A stretch of DNA of 63,492 nt, the filler included, from Octopus bimaculoides (taxonomy: Eukaryota), in the NCBI RefSeq assembly GCF_001194135.2. It is 5 parts of 5 records of this genome, joined end to end, with 100 filler letters (N's around TTAATTAATTAA, not from the genome) between each part and the next. Parts side by side here need not be neighbours in the genome. Positions count along the whole stretch, not along the records: positions 52,418 to 63,492 come from NC_068988.1; 4 more parts are not named here. One strand, given 5' to 3'. Each line of letters opens with the position of its first letter. The stretch's first letter is position 1. The notes beneath the pieces are model-generated. The model was not told the DNA's origin. It saw only the letters and a program-made list of their open reading frames with translations, and searched no databases. Shown here piece by piece: positions 52,919 through 63,492 of the stretch. The position numbers and the translations under genes were made by a program.

Positions 52919-53240
52919 TTATTCATAGATATTGTGTCCTAAGACGGTATCCTCATTTATGACTGAAGAATTTGTTTGGGGAGGAGACCTGGTTGATATT
53001 TTTGGAGGGTTGAATGGAAGTGTGGAGGTTCCCTTTTCAAAGATGCTATCCAGTAGAATCTTAATCGCGTGTGTAAAAGGAGTGAATGAGTAATCATTCA
53101 AGTGTTGTCCTTCATTTTCAGTGATGCAAGTCATTAAGTTTTTCAATGAGTTAGTGAATAAAGAAAGGCGAGAAATAAGTGACAATTGCAGCAGTAAACA
53201 AATGAATGCATCATAGAAACAGAGGTTTGGGGGAAGGTGA
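52919..53240 (-). CDS. Candidate terminal coding exon (phase 2 start, 106 codons): HLPPNLCFYDAFICLLLQLSLISRL...LDSIFEKGTSTLPFNPPK...VLGHNIYE*
   Basis: Strong acceptor TTTTTGTTTCCATTCTCACAG; long non-repetitive open frame in AT-rich DNA; other frames stopped. No family recognised; a TE origin is not excluded. Confidence 0.4.
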
Positions 53241-56200
53241 CTGTGAGAATGGAAACAAAAATAATAAATAAAAAACTATAAGTTGAAGCGTTGCGCAAAC
53301 TTGGAAGAAAATGAAAGAAACATAAATACATGATGTGAATGTTATATGAATAAGGCTACAAGAGAAAGATTGTGTTTAAAGCTGCTCTACTTTCATACTT
53401 GCATGGTTGGTTCTCCCTCTCAGCCATCCCTTCAAGGTCAATTAAATACAAGGCAATAAAGACAACGAGAAATGGTGAATGTTATAGAGTTGAACGCCCA
53501 CCCAGCGACTGCAGATCGCGCAGTGTTTTTCATTGTCAAGGAATCTAGATCATCCATAATCTGTAGCTTTGATTACTTCTGCTCAAGTATTTGAAACAAA
53601 GAGTGTTCTCTCTCTTTCTCTCTCCTCCATGTGTAAAATAGTGTTATCAGCACTTTATTAATCTCTAAGCCTGTTACCGGGCTTTTTCACCATCTTGATG
53701 TTACTTATTTAATTGGCAAAAGATGACACGAACCAACCATTCAGCAAAGAGTTGCCATTGTGCTGAATGCGACAACAGTTTCGATTGTTGACTGATATCG
53801 TTTTGCATTTGCTACTCATGGTCTTTAGAAATAGATTTGCGTTGCCTTGTACCTAAGTAAGAATTGCCTAAATAATACATGTTTACCTGTTCTGAGGTCA
53901 AATCATAGTCGGAATTGGTTTTCTCTGGATTTCGAAATAAGTCATGAACTAAGATTCAATTGACTATATCCTAATATAGCCTTAGTCATGGTGATTTCCC
54001 ACCAGCAGCAATAGTGCAATTTATATTTCATTTTTAACTTAAATGGGTAATTATAAAGTTGTTAATTTCTTTAATTTTGACTACATCTTATCTGTGAGCA
54101 TGTGTGCACAGACATATGTATAATTGAACCCCCGCCACACGCACACACATACACACACACACACACATTGTATACCACCATAATTCAATAAAACATCAAA
54201 TTCAATACATTACACATGAAAATGGAAAAAGGTACAATGAAATAAAATAAACAAACACCTCATTGTTAGTTTGGAATGGAGTGAAAAATATCTATTTCTA
54301 CTCTAGGCACAAGGCCCAAAATTTTTTGAGGAGGGGACCAGTACGCAACTGGTACTTAGTTTATCAACCCCGAAAGGTGAAAGGCTTGAATTTTCAGGGA
54401 TATATCAGCAGCAAGTAGTTCAAAGCATCAGAAAAGTATTATTGAACTGATGACTTCTGTGCATAGAAAGAAATGTTGAGCAACTAGTGTAATAGAAACT
54501 CCAGCTATAGTTTACTTTGATATTTTGTCAGCCTGTGATAGTTGAGTTAAGTGATAGAGTCAGCTACATGAAGGAGGACATTGAAATTTATCTAAAATCT
54601 GAGAATGACAAGCCTTTAAGCTAGATTTATACTGAAATACAAACACGATTAGCTCCACCACTCCCAACCCTTGAAATTATTATTGGACTGGATCAGAAAT
54701 TCTATTCATTCATATTTGGAGTCCCTTTTGACTATTTCTAGGATAGAATATATAGTGCTGCTGTTTACAGCATATAGTTGTACATTAATATGATAAATAT
54801 TATTAATATGATAATGTAGACAAGTATCAGTAATATACTGTGATTGGTTCAATTGTTTCTACTCTCTTAGAATAATAAACAGAACAGCTAAACCTAAAAA
54901 TTATTAATAGGACAGTCACATGAACGAAGACTGGATAATAGAATCTGTTTGAGAAATATGCCTGGCAATAAATTTTATACTTTCAGTAGCTCTTTTTTCA
55001 GTCCAAGAGTATTGCAGAATATCATGAAAATGCAGTAAAGGAATATATCAATGCATAGTTAACATACAAAATATAATTTTAAACCATAACTCTTATCTTA
55101 TCAAATTGGACATGTAACTGACAAACTATATTGAAATACATTTATATTTGTAATTAAATTTACAGGACAGACGAAGTTCACTTCACAACCACTTGGGATT
55201 TTGGTTTGATACCATAGTGTGACATAAATATTATCATAACATTGTGTTTAACAATACATTATGAATGAAATTTAGTAGATGAAAACTATATTGTAGGCAA
55301 TTGCATATATTTTTGCTAAGCAAAAGGTGTATAGATCGTACATTATATGTTTTCACTGCTTTATATGAAAAGATGTATATATCAACAAACAAAAGAAAAT
55401 GGTACTTTTTAACTAAAACCCTTGTGACATTTTTCTCTCCAGTTGCGCAGACACTCCTTATCACTGATCTTTATAAATGGTTGTTATATTATCAGCTTTT
55501 AATAATGTTTTATTATGGGAATTGTTTGCTCATTTGAAAACTATAACAAATAATACCACTGCTCACTAAAGCACTATATTAAATTAGAATAGAAATGTAA
55601 TGTACATGTGCACATGCATGTGTGTTTGCACATGTGCATGCATGAGTGCATGTGATTCGTTTCAAGGCAAAGTGCTTGTTGAATAAATGATAAAAGCACT
55701 TTCACCTTATTGCCGTGCAAATGCAATTTCAGTATATTTAAAGTGTATACAGGTAAACAATAGTTGTTGGTTACTCTTTTACTCTATTGTTCATTAAAAG
55801 GACTTCGGTGTGTAAATAAAGCACTACTTTTTCTTACGTAAGTCCATAGATGACTAAATGTTCTATGATAAATGCTGTTAAGCTGCTGGTAAATCACTTG
55901 CATACATAGAGGCTTGTTTTAATTTTTGGCATTTTGTTCTCATAAACAAAGTTTAGAAATCTGAGAAGGGGGAACAATGCATTATATCGACCCCAGAATA
56001 TTACTGGTACTTAGTTTACCAATTCTTAAAGGATGAAAGTCAAAGTCGACCTCACCAGGATTTGAGCTCAGAAGGAAAAGAGTCATAATATTATGATGCT
56101 GTAAGTATATGCTGTGTTTAACTTCAGCACTACATCTCAGGTCAAATAAAAAGAAATCTATATCAGTGAAAGACTGAGTGGAGTAGAAGCCATTTTATAG

Positions 56201-56744
56201 AAAATGGTCATTAAATTCCATGTTTTCATTGATGACACCCATCTATGTCACCAACATCACCACTACAACTACTATGTTTAACGGTGTTAACCAGGTTAGG
56301 AAGTCAAACTATAACTTTTATGCCAAACAGTTCTGAATTCTACTCAAAATGCATCACTTTAACTTGGTATTTCTACCTATAAAACGGGNNNNNNNNNNNN
56401 NNNNNNNNNNNNNNNNNNNNNNNNNNNNNNNNNNNNNNNNNNNNNNNNNNNNNNNNNNNNNNNNNNNNNNNNNNNNNNNNNNNNNNNNATATATATACAT
56501 ATATATGCATATATATACATATATATACATATATATACCATATATATACATATATATACCATATATATACATTAAGGAGAAAACTAAGGTTGAGAGGGAA
56601 AGATTAGGAAATTATATACTGAAAAGTCAATTTAAATAATTAGCTGAAGAAAGTAGATATTAGTAAATAATGCATATTAATAACGAATGAATGAATGAAA
56701 GGGCTAGTGCCTAACTTCAGCATTAAGTGTTATACAAATGCCAG

Positions 56745-57110
56745 AATTACACACCATTGTACCACAGGTACCATCCACTCCATCTAAATTCAGGACGAGG
56801 TACTGCCATAGCCTAAGGTTCAAAGGCCCACAGCTCTTCAATGCACTGCCACAAAAATTAAGAAATCTACATAATGTGGACATAGATGTCTTCAAAACGG
56901 AAGACACCAAAGTCCTCTCCACAATACAAAATGAACTAATCACCAGGCATGAGGTACAGACCAGGGCAGTGGAATCAAACTCCCTCATGCACCAAATAGG
57001 CCAACAGCTGGAGGAAACGCATATACAGGAATGGTGATGTAAAATCCCCCAGCCTAAGGAAGTCAGCAAAACCACAGTGGTGCTCCAGTATGACCACAGC
57101 TGCATGGCTG
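56745..57110 (+). mobile_element. CR1/L2-group LINE ORF2 C-terminal fragment with tail
   Basis: RTRYCHSLRFKGPQLFNALPQKLRNLHNVDIDVFK...SNSL resembles LINE ORF2 C-termini. Confidence 0.75.
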
Positions 57111-57189
57111 AAATGATTTGTGTATGTTTCAGTTTTAAGTAACCTTTGTTTCTCTATAATAATTTTGTAACCAAATATGGCATCTGATC

Positions 57190-57880
57190 AAACTGTTGTA
57201 TTAAAAATGAGCAGGAAAATCTAGCAATGACATTCCAAAATTGTTCAATATGTGTAGCAAGATGGTGTATAATGATTGGAAATGTTACAGTCAATCTGGC
57301 ATGACATCAAGTAAGCCAGTTCCAGAGTGTAAAAGAACTGTTTGCACCAAACCTATGATTGATACTGTGAGAGAGTTCAAAGCAATCGTCATAGAAGCAT
57401 GTAAAAAATAGTATGAGTGCTTAATATTTCAAAATCTTCAATGCACAGGATTGCTAAGGAGGATTTTAGGCTAAAGGCATACATAAAGCAACCCAGTCAT
57501 ATAATTTAAGCAGTTTTGAAGAAAAAAACGGTTCGCTAATGGAGAAAAAGATGTCAGCAAAGATGAAAAGTGCCACAAACAAAGTCTTCATTTGGAGTGG
57601 CAAGATCTTCCTGTGGAGACTGAACAACAGATTGTATGCTACTGATAATGAGGACTTGCCTGAAGGGAGCTGAGTTCATTTTTGTCATCAGAAACCAGCT
57701 ACAGTTATGGTGTGGGCTGCTGTAGCATCTGATGGGTCCAAGCCTCCTTTGATCTTCATTTATGAGGTTGTTAATGTGAATAGCACAGTTCACATCCAAA
57801 TGTTCACTGTTGCAGTTCAGTAACCACTCATTTGCAGGTCATGATCAAAGCAAGAGGTGGTCATTTTGAAATCTGATTTG
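57190..57880 (+). mobile_element. Decayed Tc1/mariner transposase, probably maT (DD37D)-like
   Basis: QKPATVMVWAAVASDGSKPPLIFI...VNS and terminal IKARGGHFE; frameshifts and stops. Confidence 0.78.
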
Positions 57881-58831
57881 TGTATTAGATAGGTAAACTG
57901 TAGTTCTTATAATTCAAGAAGTCTCTTGTATATATTATGAGTAATGACAAAAATATGATAGGTAAATCTTTCTGGGACAAACTGGTAAATGTGCATTTTT
58001 GTGTGTTCACAGACACATTTCTATGCATGTATGTATACATATATTTACATACACACACATATACATACACACTCTCACACACATCTATGTAGCATTCCAA
58101 ACACACAGCCTCACATCCTTACAGTTATATAAAATATATAAACTAAAATATGATATCAAGCAATAATACAAGAAAGAGATATAATGCAAAAAATAAGAGA
58201 AATAAACAGAGTTTGAAAGCCGTTTCACTATTTATAGAATGAAGATTATTAATAGTATAATAAGAATGCATAATTAGGAGTCCTATTGCATAGAGTCATA
58301 CATTATTTGAACAATATCTAAATTGCTAGATAATATATATATATATCTTAGAGGGTATAGATAAGAAAGTTAGGGAATATTGTCAGAAGTGGATTAGGTA
58401 ACAGGTTTAAAATACACAAACATGTTTCTAATATTATGTAAGCATTTTAATCTAAGTTATTGAGACATATTAAGGACATTACCTAGACCTTTAAGAATTT
58501 CCCATACTTCAGCACAGCAAAGCATGCACTGGTACCTATAATTAAAGTATCATAATGCTTATTTTACTATGTTCCAGGTAATTTGGAATTGAAAGTTACT
58601 GCTTTTCAATTCGCAATTTTTTCTTTTTTGCCCTGAAAGACATAACTCTAGCCTTATTACAATTCTTGAGAAAATAAAGAATGATTTTAAATTCTTTGCT
58701 TGAATTTGCATGTGGTGGAGCCGTTCTTAGTAAAAGATTTTAGATTAGTTATTACATTGTATCTATATACAATATGTTCAGTTAAGAAAAATAATTTAGA
58801 GGACTAGAAATTTGTTTTAACAATTACATAC

Positions 58832-59340
58832 TTCAGGAGATGCATGGCCATCAGTGCCACTTGTGTCATTCAAGTATGGCAGAGAGTTTCAACCACTGCC
58901 AGACCCAACAGAACTATCCAAACCACCTAGGTTCACGTGAGGATCACTGCCACTAGCAACAGCAGAATCAAAGAAAGCTGTGGGAGTTAAAACAGTTATT
59001 GTGATCCAGAATTAGTGTGATTATTATGCCTGCTGGCTACACCATTCACAGTGTCAAGATTAATTATTTGTCCCCTACTTCCCACACTATAAGTTCTACA
59101 TGCATGGCTAGAACCATTACCTCTGAGTGTGACAGTTTTAGATATTGAAGAAGCAGGCTGACATATGATATCATGAATGATGGTGTTGGCTACTTGATTG
59201 GTACAGTTGGCCATCGTTAGAATGGTCCATGACAAGAATGCTACTACTATTGCCATGGTAGCTAGAGCTTTGGGTACAAATGTGCAGTTAGTGCTATGGT
59301 TAGTTTCCACAAATGAACATGGAATAATCAAGTCCCTCAC
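58832..59340 (-). pseudogene. Decayed coding-like segment (Ser/Gly/Asn/His-rich) ending at a canonical donor
   Basis: 3-nt periodicity with A/T third positions; the open frame switches twice; one in-frame TGA; GAA|GTATGT donor at 58832/58831. Strand not certain. Confidence 0.35.
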
Positions 59341-59775
59341 AGGTTACTAAGAAACCTCATTTAAAGTCATAAAATGATAAATACAACACTGTAAAGTGAT
59401 TGGTGAATGAGCAAAGACTGCATGAGAAAAAGCAGACCATTTTGTCATACTATAGACATATTACACTCTCTAGTGCTTAGTGTGAGTATAAAATACACCC
59501 AGTATACTCTGTACTGGCAACAGGAAACAGATCCATTGATAGAAAAACTTACAGTAGGTAGACCATACTCTAGCCTATTCAACAGGGCAGTCATTCTGAA
59601 TAAAGTGTAACTAAGTCCATGCCAATGTGAAAACAGGGAAATTATAACATTTACTGTAGTAAGAAATTCAGAGCTAGATTCGGAAACAAATTTCGGTAAA
59701 ACAGAAATTGTAAGAGGATTTTGTTTTCATAAAATCTATAAATAAAGAGGCAGAATTATGCAGAAGTTAACATAC

Positions 59776-59842
59776 CTGTTTCAATGAGTTTATCCATCTT
59801 ATGATTCAGCCAGTAAATCCTGTATTTAGATAATTTTCATTC
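59776..59842 (-). CDS. Candidate 67-nt exon, possibly containing a start codon (MDKLIET, Kozak-like AAGATGG)
   Basis: Acceptor TATTCTTTTGTATTTGTAG, donor ACAG|GTATGT; all frames stop unless translation starts at the internal ATG. Confidence 0.35.
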
Positions 59843-60154
59843 CTACAAATACAAAAGAATACATAAATATGAAAATATGAATTAACATATAATTTATTTA
59901 TACAACACATATATATACATATATACACACATATATAAATAGATATATACACATATATACTGTAGGGATAAGAGGAGAGAGGGAAAAGTAAGAATATAAA
60001 CATAAATAATACATGGAAACATACACGGTAATACGCACACAATGGACACATATGCATCACTTGTGATACTCATGAGAAATAGAGAAAGATGTATAAAAAA
60101 CAATTAAATAAATAAGTATATCAATAGATGAATAAATAAATAGATAAATATAGG

Positions 60155-60335
60155 TACAGGACTGATTGTGAGGTAAGAAGCTTGCTTACCAACCACATGG
60201 TTCCGAATTCAGTTCCACTCCGTGACACTGCATGTCATCTTGGACAAGTGTCTTCTACTATAGACTCGAGCCAGCCAAAGCCTTGTGAGTGGATTTGAGA
60301 GACAGAAACTAAAACAAGGCAGTTGTATATACGTA
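60155..60335 (+). mobile_element. SINE 5' half
   Basis: GGTAAGAAGCTTGCTTACCAACCACATGGTTCCG...CTTGGACAAGTGTCTTC...GCCTTGTGAGTGGATTTG. Confidence 0.85.
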
Positions 60336-60356
60336 TATATATATATATATATATAT

Positions 60357-63012
60357 CATCATCATCATCGTTGTTTAACGTTCGCTTTCCATGCTAGCAT
60401 GGGTTGGATGATTTCACTGAGGACTGGTGAAACCAGATGGCAACACCAGGNNNNNNNNNNTTCACTGAGGACTGGTGAAACCAGATGGCAACACCAGGCT
60501 CCAATCTGATTTGGCAGAGTTTCTACAGCTGGATGCCTTTCCTAATGCCAACCACTATGAGAGGTTAGTGGGTGCTTTTACGTGCCACCCGCACGAAGGC
60601 CAGTCAGGCGGTACTGGCAACGGCCACAATCAAATTGGTGTAATTTATGTGCCACCTGCACAAGAGCCAGTTTGGCAGCATTGGCAACGATCTCGCTCGA
60701 ATGTCTTTACACATGCCATCCGGCACAAGTGCCACGAAGGCGATGCTGGGTACAGGTGCCATGACGTTTTCGCTTGCCCCAACAGGTCTTCGCAAGCCGA
60801 GTTTCGTGTCCAATGAAGGAGACGATGTTGGCATGGGTGCCAGTCATCGGATTTAATTCGATTTCGATTTCACTTGCCTCAAAAGGTCTTCGCAAGTGGA
60901 GTTTAGTGTCCAATGAAAAAAGATACGCATAAGTGGGCTGGCTCACGCCTTAGATTTAGGTCTCACTTGNNNNNNNNNNNNNNNNNNNNNNNNNNNNNNN
61001 NNNNNNNNNNNNNNNNNNNNNNNNNNNNNNNNNNNNNNNNNNNNNNNNNNNNNNNNNNNNNNNNNNNNNNNNNNNNNNNNNNNNNNNNNNNNNNNNNNNN
61101 NNNNNNNNNNNNNNNNNNNNNNNNNNNNNNNNNNNNNNNNNNNNNNNNNNNNNNNNNNNNNNNNNNNNNNNNNNNNNNNNNNNNNNNNNNNNNNNNNNNN
61201 NNNNNNNNNNNNNNNNNNNNNNNNNNNNNNNNNNNNNNNNNNNNNNNNNNNNNNNNNNNNNNNNNNNNNNNNNNNNNNNNNNNNNNNNNNNNNNNNNNNN
61301 NNNNACACATCCATCAGAGCATACTGGTTTCATTTATTGCGAGCCTATGCATGTCCTCAGCAGTCACAGCCCATGTTTCACTGCCATGAAGCATGGCTGT
61401 TTGTACACATGCGTCATACTCATACAGTCTGCCTTTTACTCTGAGTGAGAGGCCCCTTGTCACCAGCAGAGGTAAGAGCTCTCTGAACTTTGCTCAGCCT
61501 ATTCTTATTCGAGCAGTTACACTTTCAGTGCACCCTCCCCCACTACTAACCTGGTCACCTAGATAGCGGAAGCTATCAACTATGTCTAGTTTTTCTCCCT
61601 GGAATGTGGCAGAAGTCTTTTCTGCACATTTTCAGTGTTTATTGCTCCTCAACATCTGCTACATACAAAAATTTACTTCCTAGTTAACCTTCCTTTGATA
61701 TTACTGCAAATCTTGTGTGTCCGTAGCTTCCATTGGGTGCATCTTACAGAGTTTCTACCTACGCCTTTTCTACAAATTGAGCAGGGCCATCTACCTGAAG
61801 GGGCTTGTGTTTTTTCTACCTTCCAACTTATGAGGACTTTGGTTTTAGCTAGGTTGACTCTAAGGCCCTTCAATTCTAGTCCTTGCTTCCACACCTGAAA
61901 CTTCTCCTCTAGTTCTGATAGTCACTCAGCAATCAGTGCAAGGTCATCAGCATAGAGGAGCTCCCAGGGGCATCCTGCCTTGAATTCCTCTGCTATCGCC
62001 TGGAGGACTATGAGAAATGGGAGGCGGCTGAGGACTGAGCCTTGGTGAACCCCTACCTCTACCTGGAATTGCTTCACTGTACTCGTTGCCAACCCTCACC
62101 TTACTGACAGCGTCTCTGTACATGGCTTGCACAGCTCTCACTAACCATTCTTCTATCTCAAGTTTCCTTATTGACTACCAAATAAGGGATCGGGGGACGC
62201 TGTCAAAGGCTTTCTCCATGTCAACGAAAGCCAGGTACAGAGGTTTATCTTTGGCTAGGTATTTCTCCTGTAGCTGTCTTACCAGAAATATAGCATCAGT
62301 GGTGCTTTTCCCCAGCACAAACCCAAACTGCATCTCATCTAAACTGACTCTCTCCCTAATTAGTTGGGCTATGACCCTCTCCGTGACTTTCATTACCTGA
62401 TCTAACAACTTGATACCTCTAATTATTTGTATCTAAAGCACCACCTTTACCTTTGTAGCAGTTGACTATGGTGCTGCTACACCAGTCATTGGGTATGACT
62501 CCTTCATGTATCACCTGGTTAACAATACGGGTGACTAGACTATAGCCGACACTGCCAGATATTTTGAGCATCTCTGCAGTGATTATGAAGGACCGGGGGC
62601 TTTCCCTGTCTTCATTCTCTTAATAGCTTTATCTACCATGGTACTGTTAACTCGAATTGCTGGTCCCTCTGTTGGGTGGACATTAGGCAGACTCTCTTCC
62701 TCCCATTCATTCTCTTTATTGAGCAACCTTTCGTAGTTGTATCTCCATACCTCTTTCTTTGTGGCCACGTTTAGTGCAAGCGTACCATCATCCATGCAAA
62801 CACCTTTCTCTCCCACGACATCACAATTCTCTCTCACACCCTGTCTTGCAACCCGAAATACCTCAAGTCTTTGGTCCTCACTGCGCAGAACATTTGCAAA
62901 TTTTTTCTTATCCGCTTCCCCTCTGGCTAAATAAACCTGTCGCTTAGCTTCCCTTCTGGCAGTCTGATACAATTCCCTGCTACCACCGTTCTTCCAGTCC
63001 TTCCAAGCTTGT
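60357..63012 (-). mobile_element. 5'-truncated RTE-clade LINE (RT fragments + 3' UTR + (GAT)n tail), frameshifted
   Basis: MKTGKAPGPS, QFGFVLGKSTTDAIFLVRQLQEKY...LAFVDMEKAFDSVPR, GLRVNLAKTK, CSICRKGVGRNSVRC, LYDACVQTAMLHGSETW; 3' UTR matches 46701-47445; the gap at 60970-61305 covers the ORF end. Confidence 0.93.
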
Positions 63013-63015
63013 TTA

Positions 63016-63065
<50 letters not shown>

Positions 63066-63244
63066 TGTATTTGTTATTTGTTTACCCCCTACCATCACTT
63101 ATGCTAGAAAGAGGTCATCAATGACCCAACCAAAGAAAAATGATGTTCTCCAGAAAAATTTCGCAAAACACCAGAACATGACAGAATGAGAAGTATACAG
63201 AATAAAGAATTATCTATGTACTGAACTTTCGAACATTAACGTTT

Positions 63245-63492
63245 CACTTATACACATACATATGTATATTTATACATACATACATATATATATACATATA
63301 TATATATACATATATATATATACATATATATATATACATATATATATATATACATATATGTATACATATATATATACATACATATATATATATACATATA
63401 TATATATACATATATATATATACATATATATATATACATATATATATATACATATATATATATACATATATATATATACATATATATATATA
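63245..63492. repeat. (TA)n/(TATACA)n microsatellite
   Basis: Direct reading. Confidence 0.95.

Noticed and set aside
59655-59735. Exon candidate FYENKILLQFLFYRNLFPNLALNFLL
   Set aside because: It would need 40- and 59-nt flanking introns and is out of phase with the upstream candidate.
60413-60498. 38-bp direct duplication
   Set aside because: Identical sequence on both sides of a 10-N gap, i.e. an unmerged contig overlap.
52418-63012. One RTE LINE split by an ~8 kb insertion
   Set aside because: The 60357-63012 copy already has its own 3' UTR and tail, so 52418-52630 is a separate fragment.

Overview
Eukaryotic, AT-rich, repeat-dense DNA from a gapped short-read assembly. The SINE/RTE/MITE repertoire and microsatellite load most resemble a coleoid cephalopod (Octopus-like); this is inferred from recalled repeat sequences, not from a database search. 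The window is not one contig. Four identical 100-bp joins (44 N + TTAATTAATTAA + 44 N) split it into five pieces: 1-15155, 15256-23399, 23500-48971, 49072-52317 and 52418-63492. Piece 1 is CpG-retaining and holds a nest of transposons: a Merlin-like MITE with telomeric repeats inside a SINE, a hAT-like MITE, and a Helitron inside a mariner. Piece 2 is an ~8 kb CpG-dense (TTCG/TACG) satellite with higher-order structure. Piece 3 is CpG-depleted and intron-like, with a few candidate exons. Piece 4 is a TA satellite plus a decayed R4/Dong-type RLE LINE. Piece 5 holds RTE, CR1/L2-like and maT remnants plus candidate minus-strand exons or pseudo-exons. No intact, recognisable host gene was found, and nearly all long ORFs in the track are microsatellite or N-gap artefacts. 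I found no convincing new biological system. The best leads are the satellite, the telomere-repeat MITE, degenerate hammerhead-like motifs and several orphan exon candidates.
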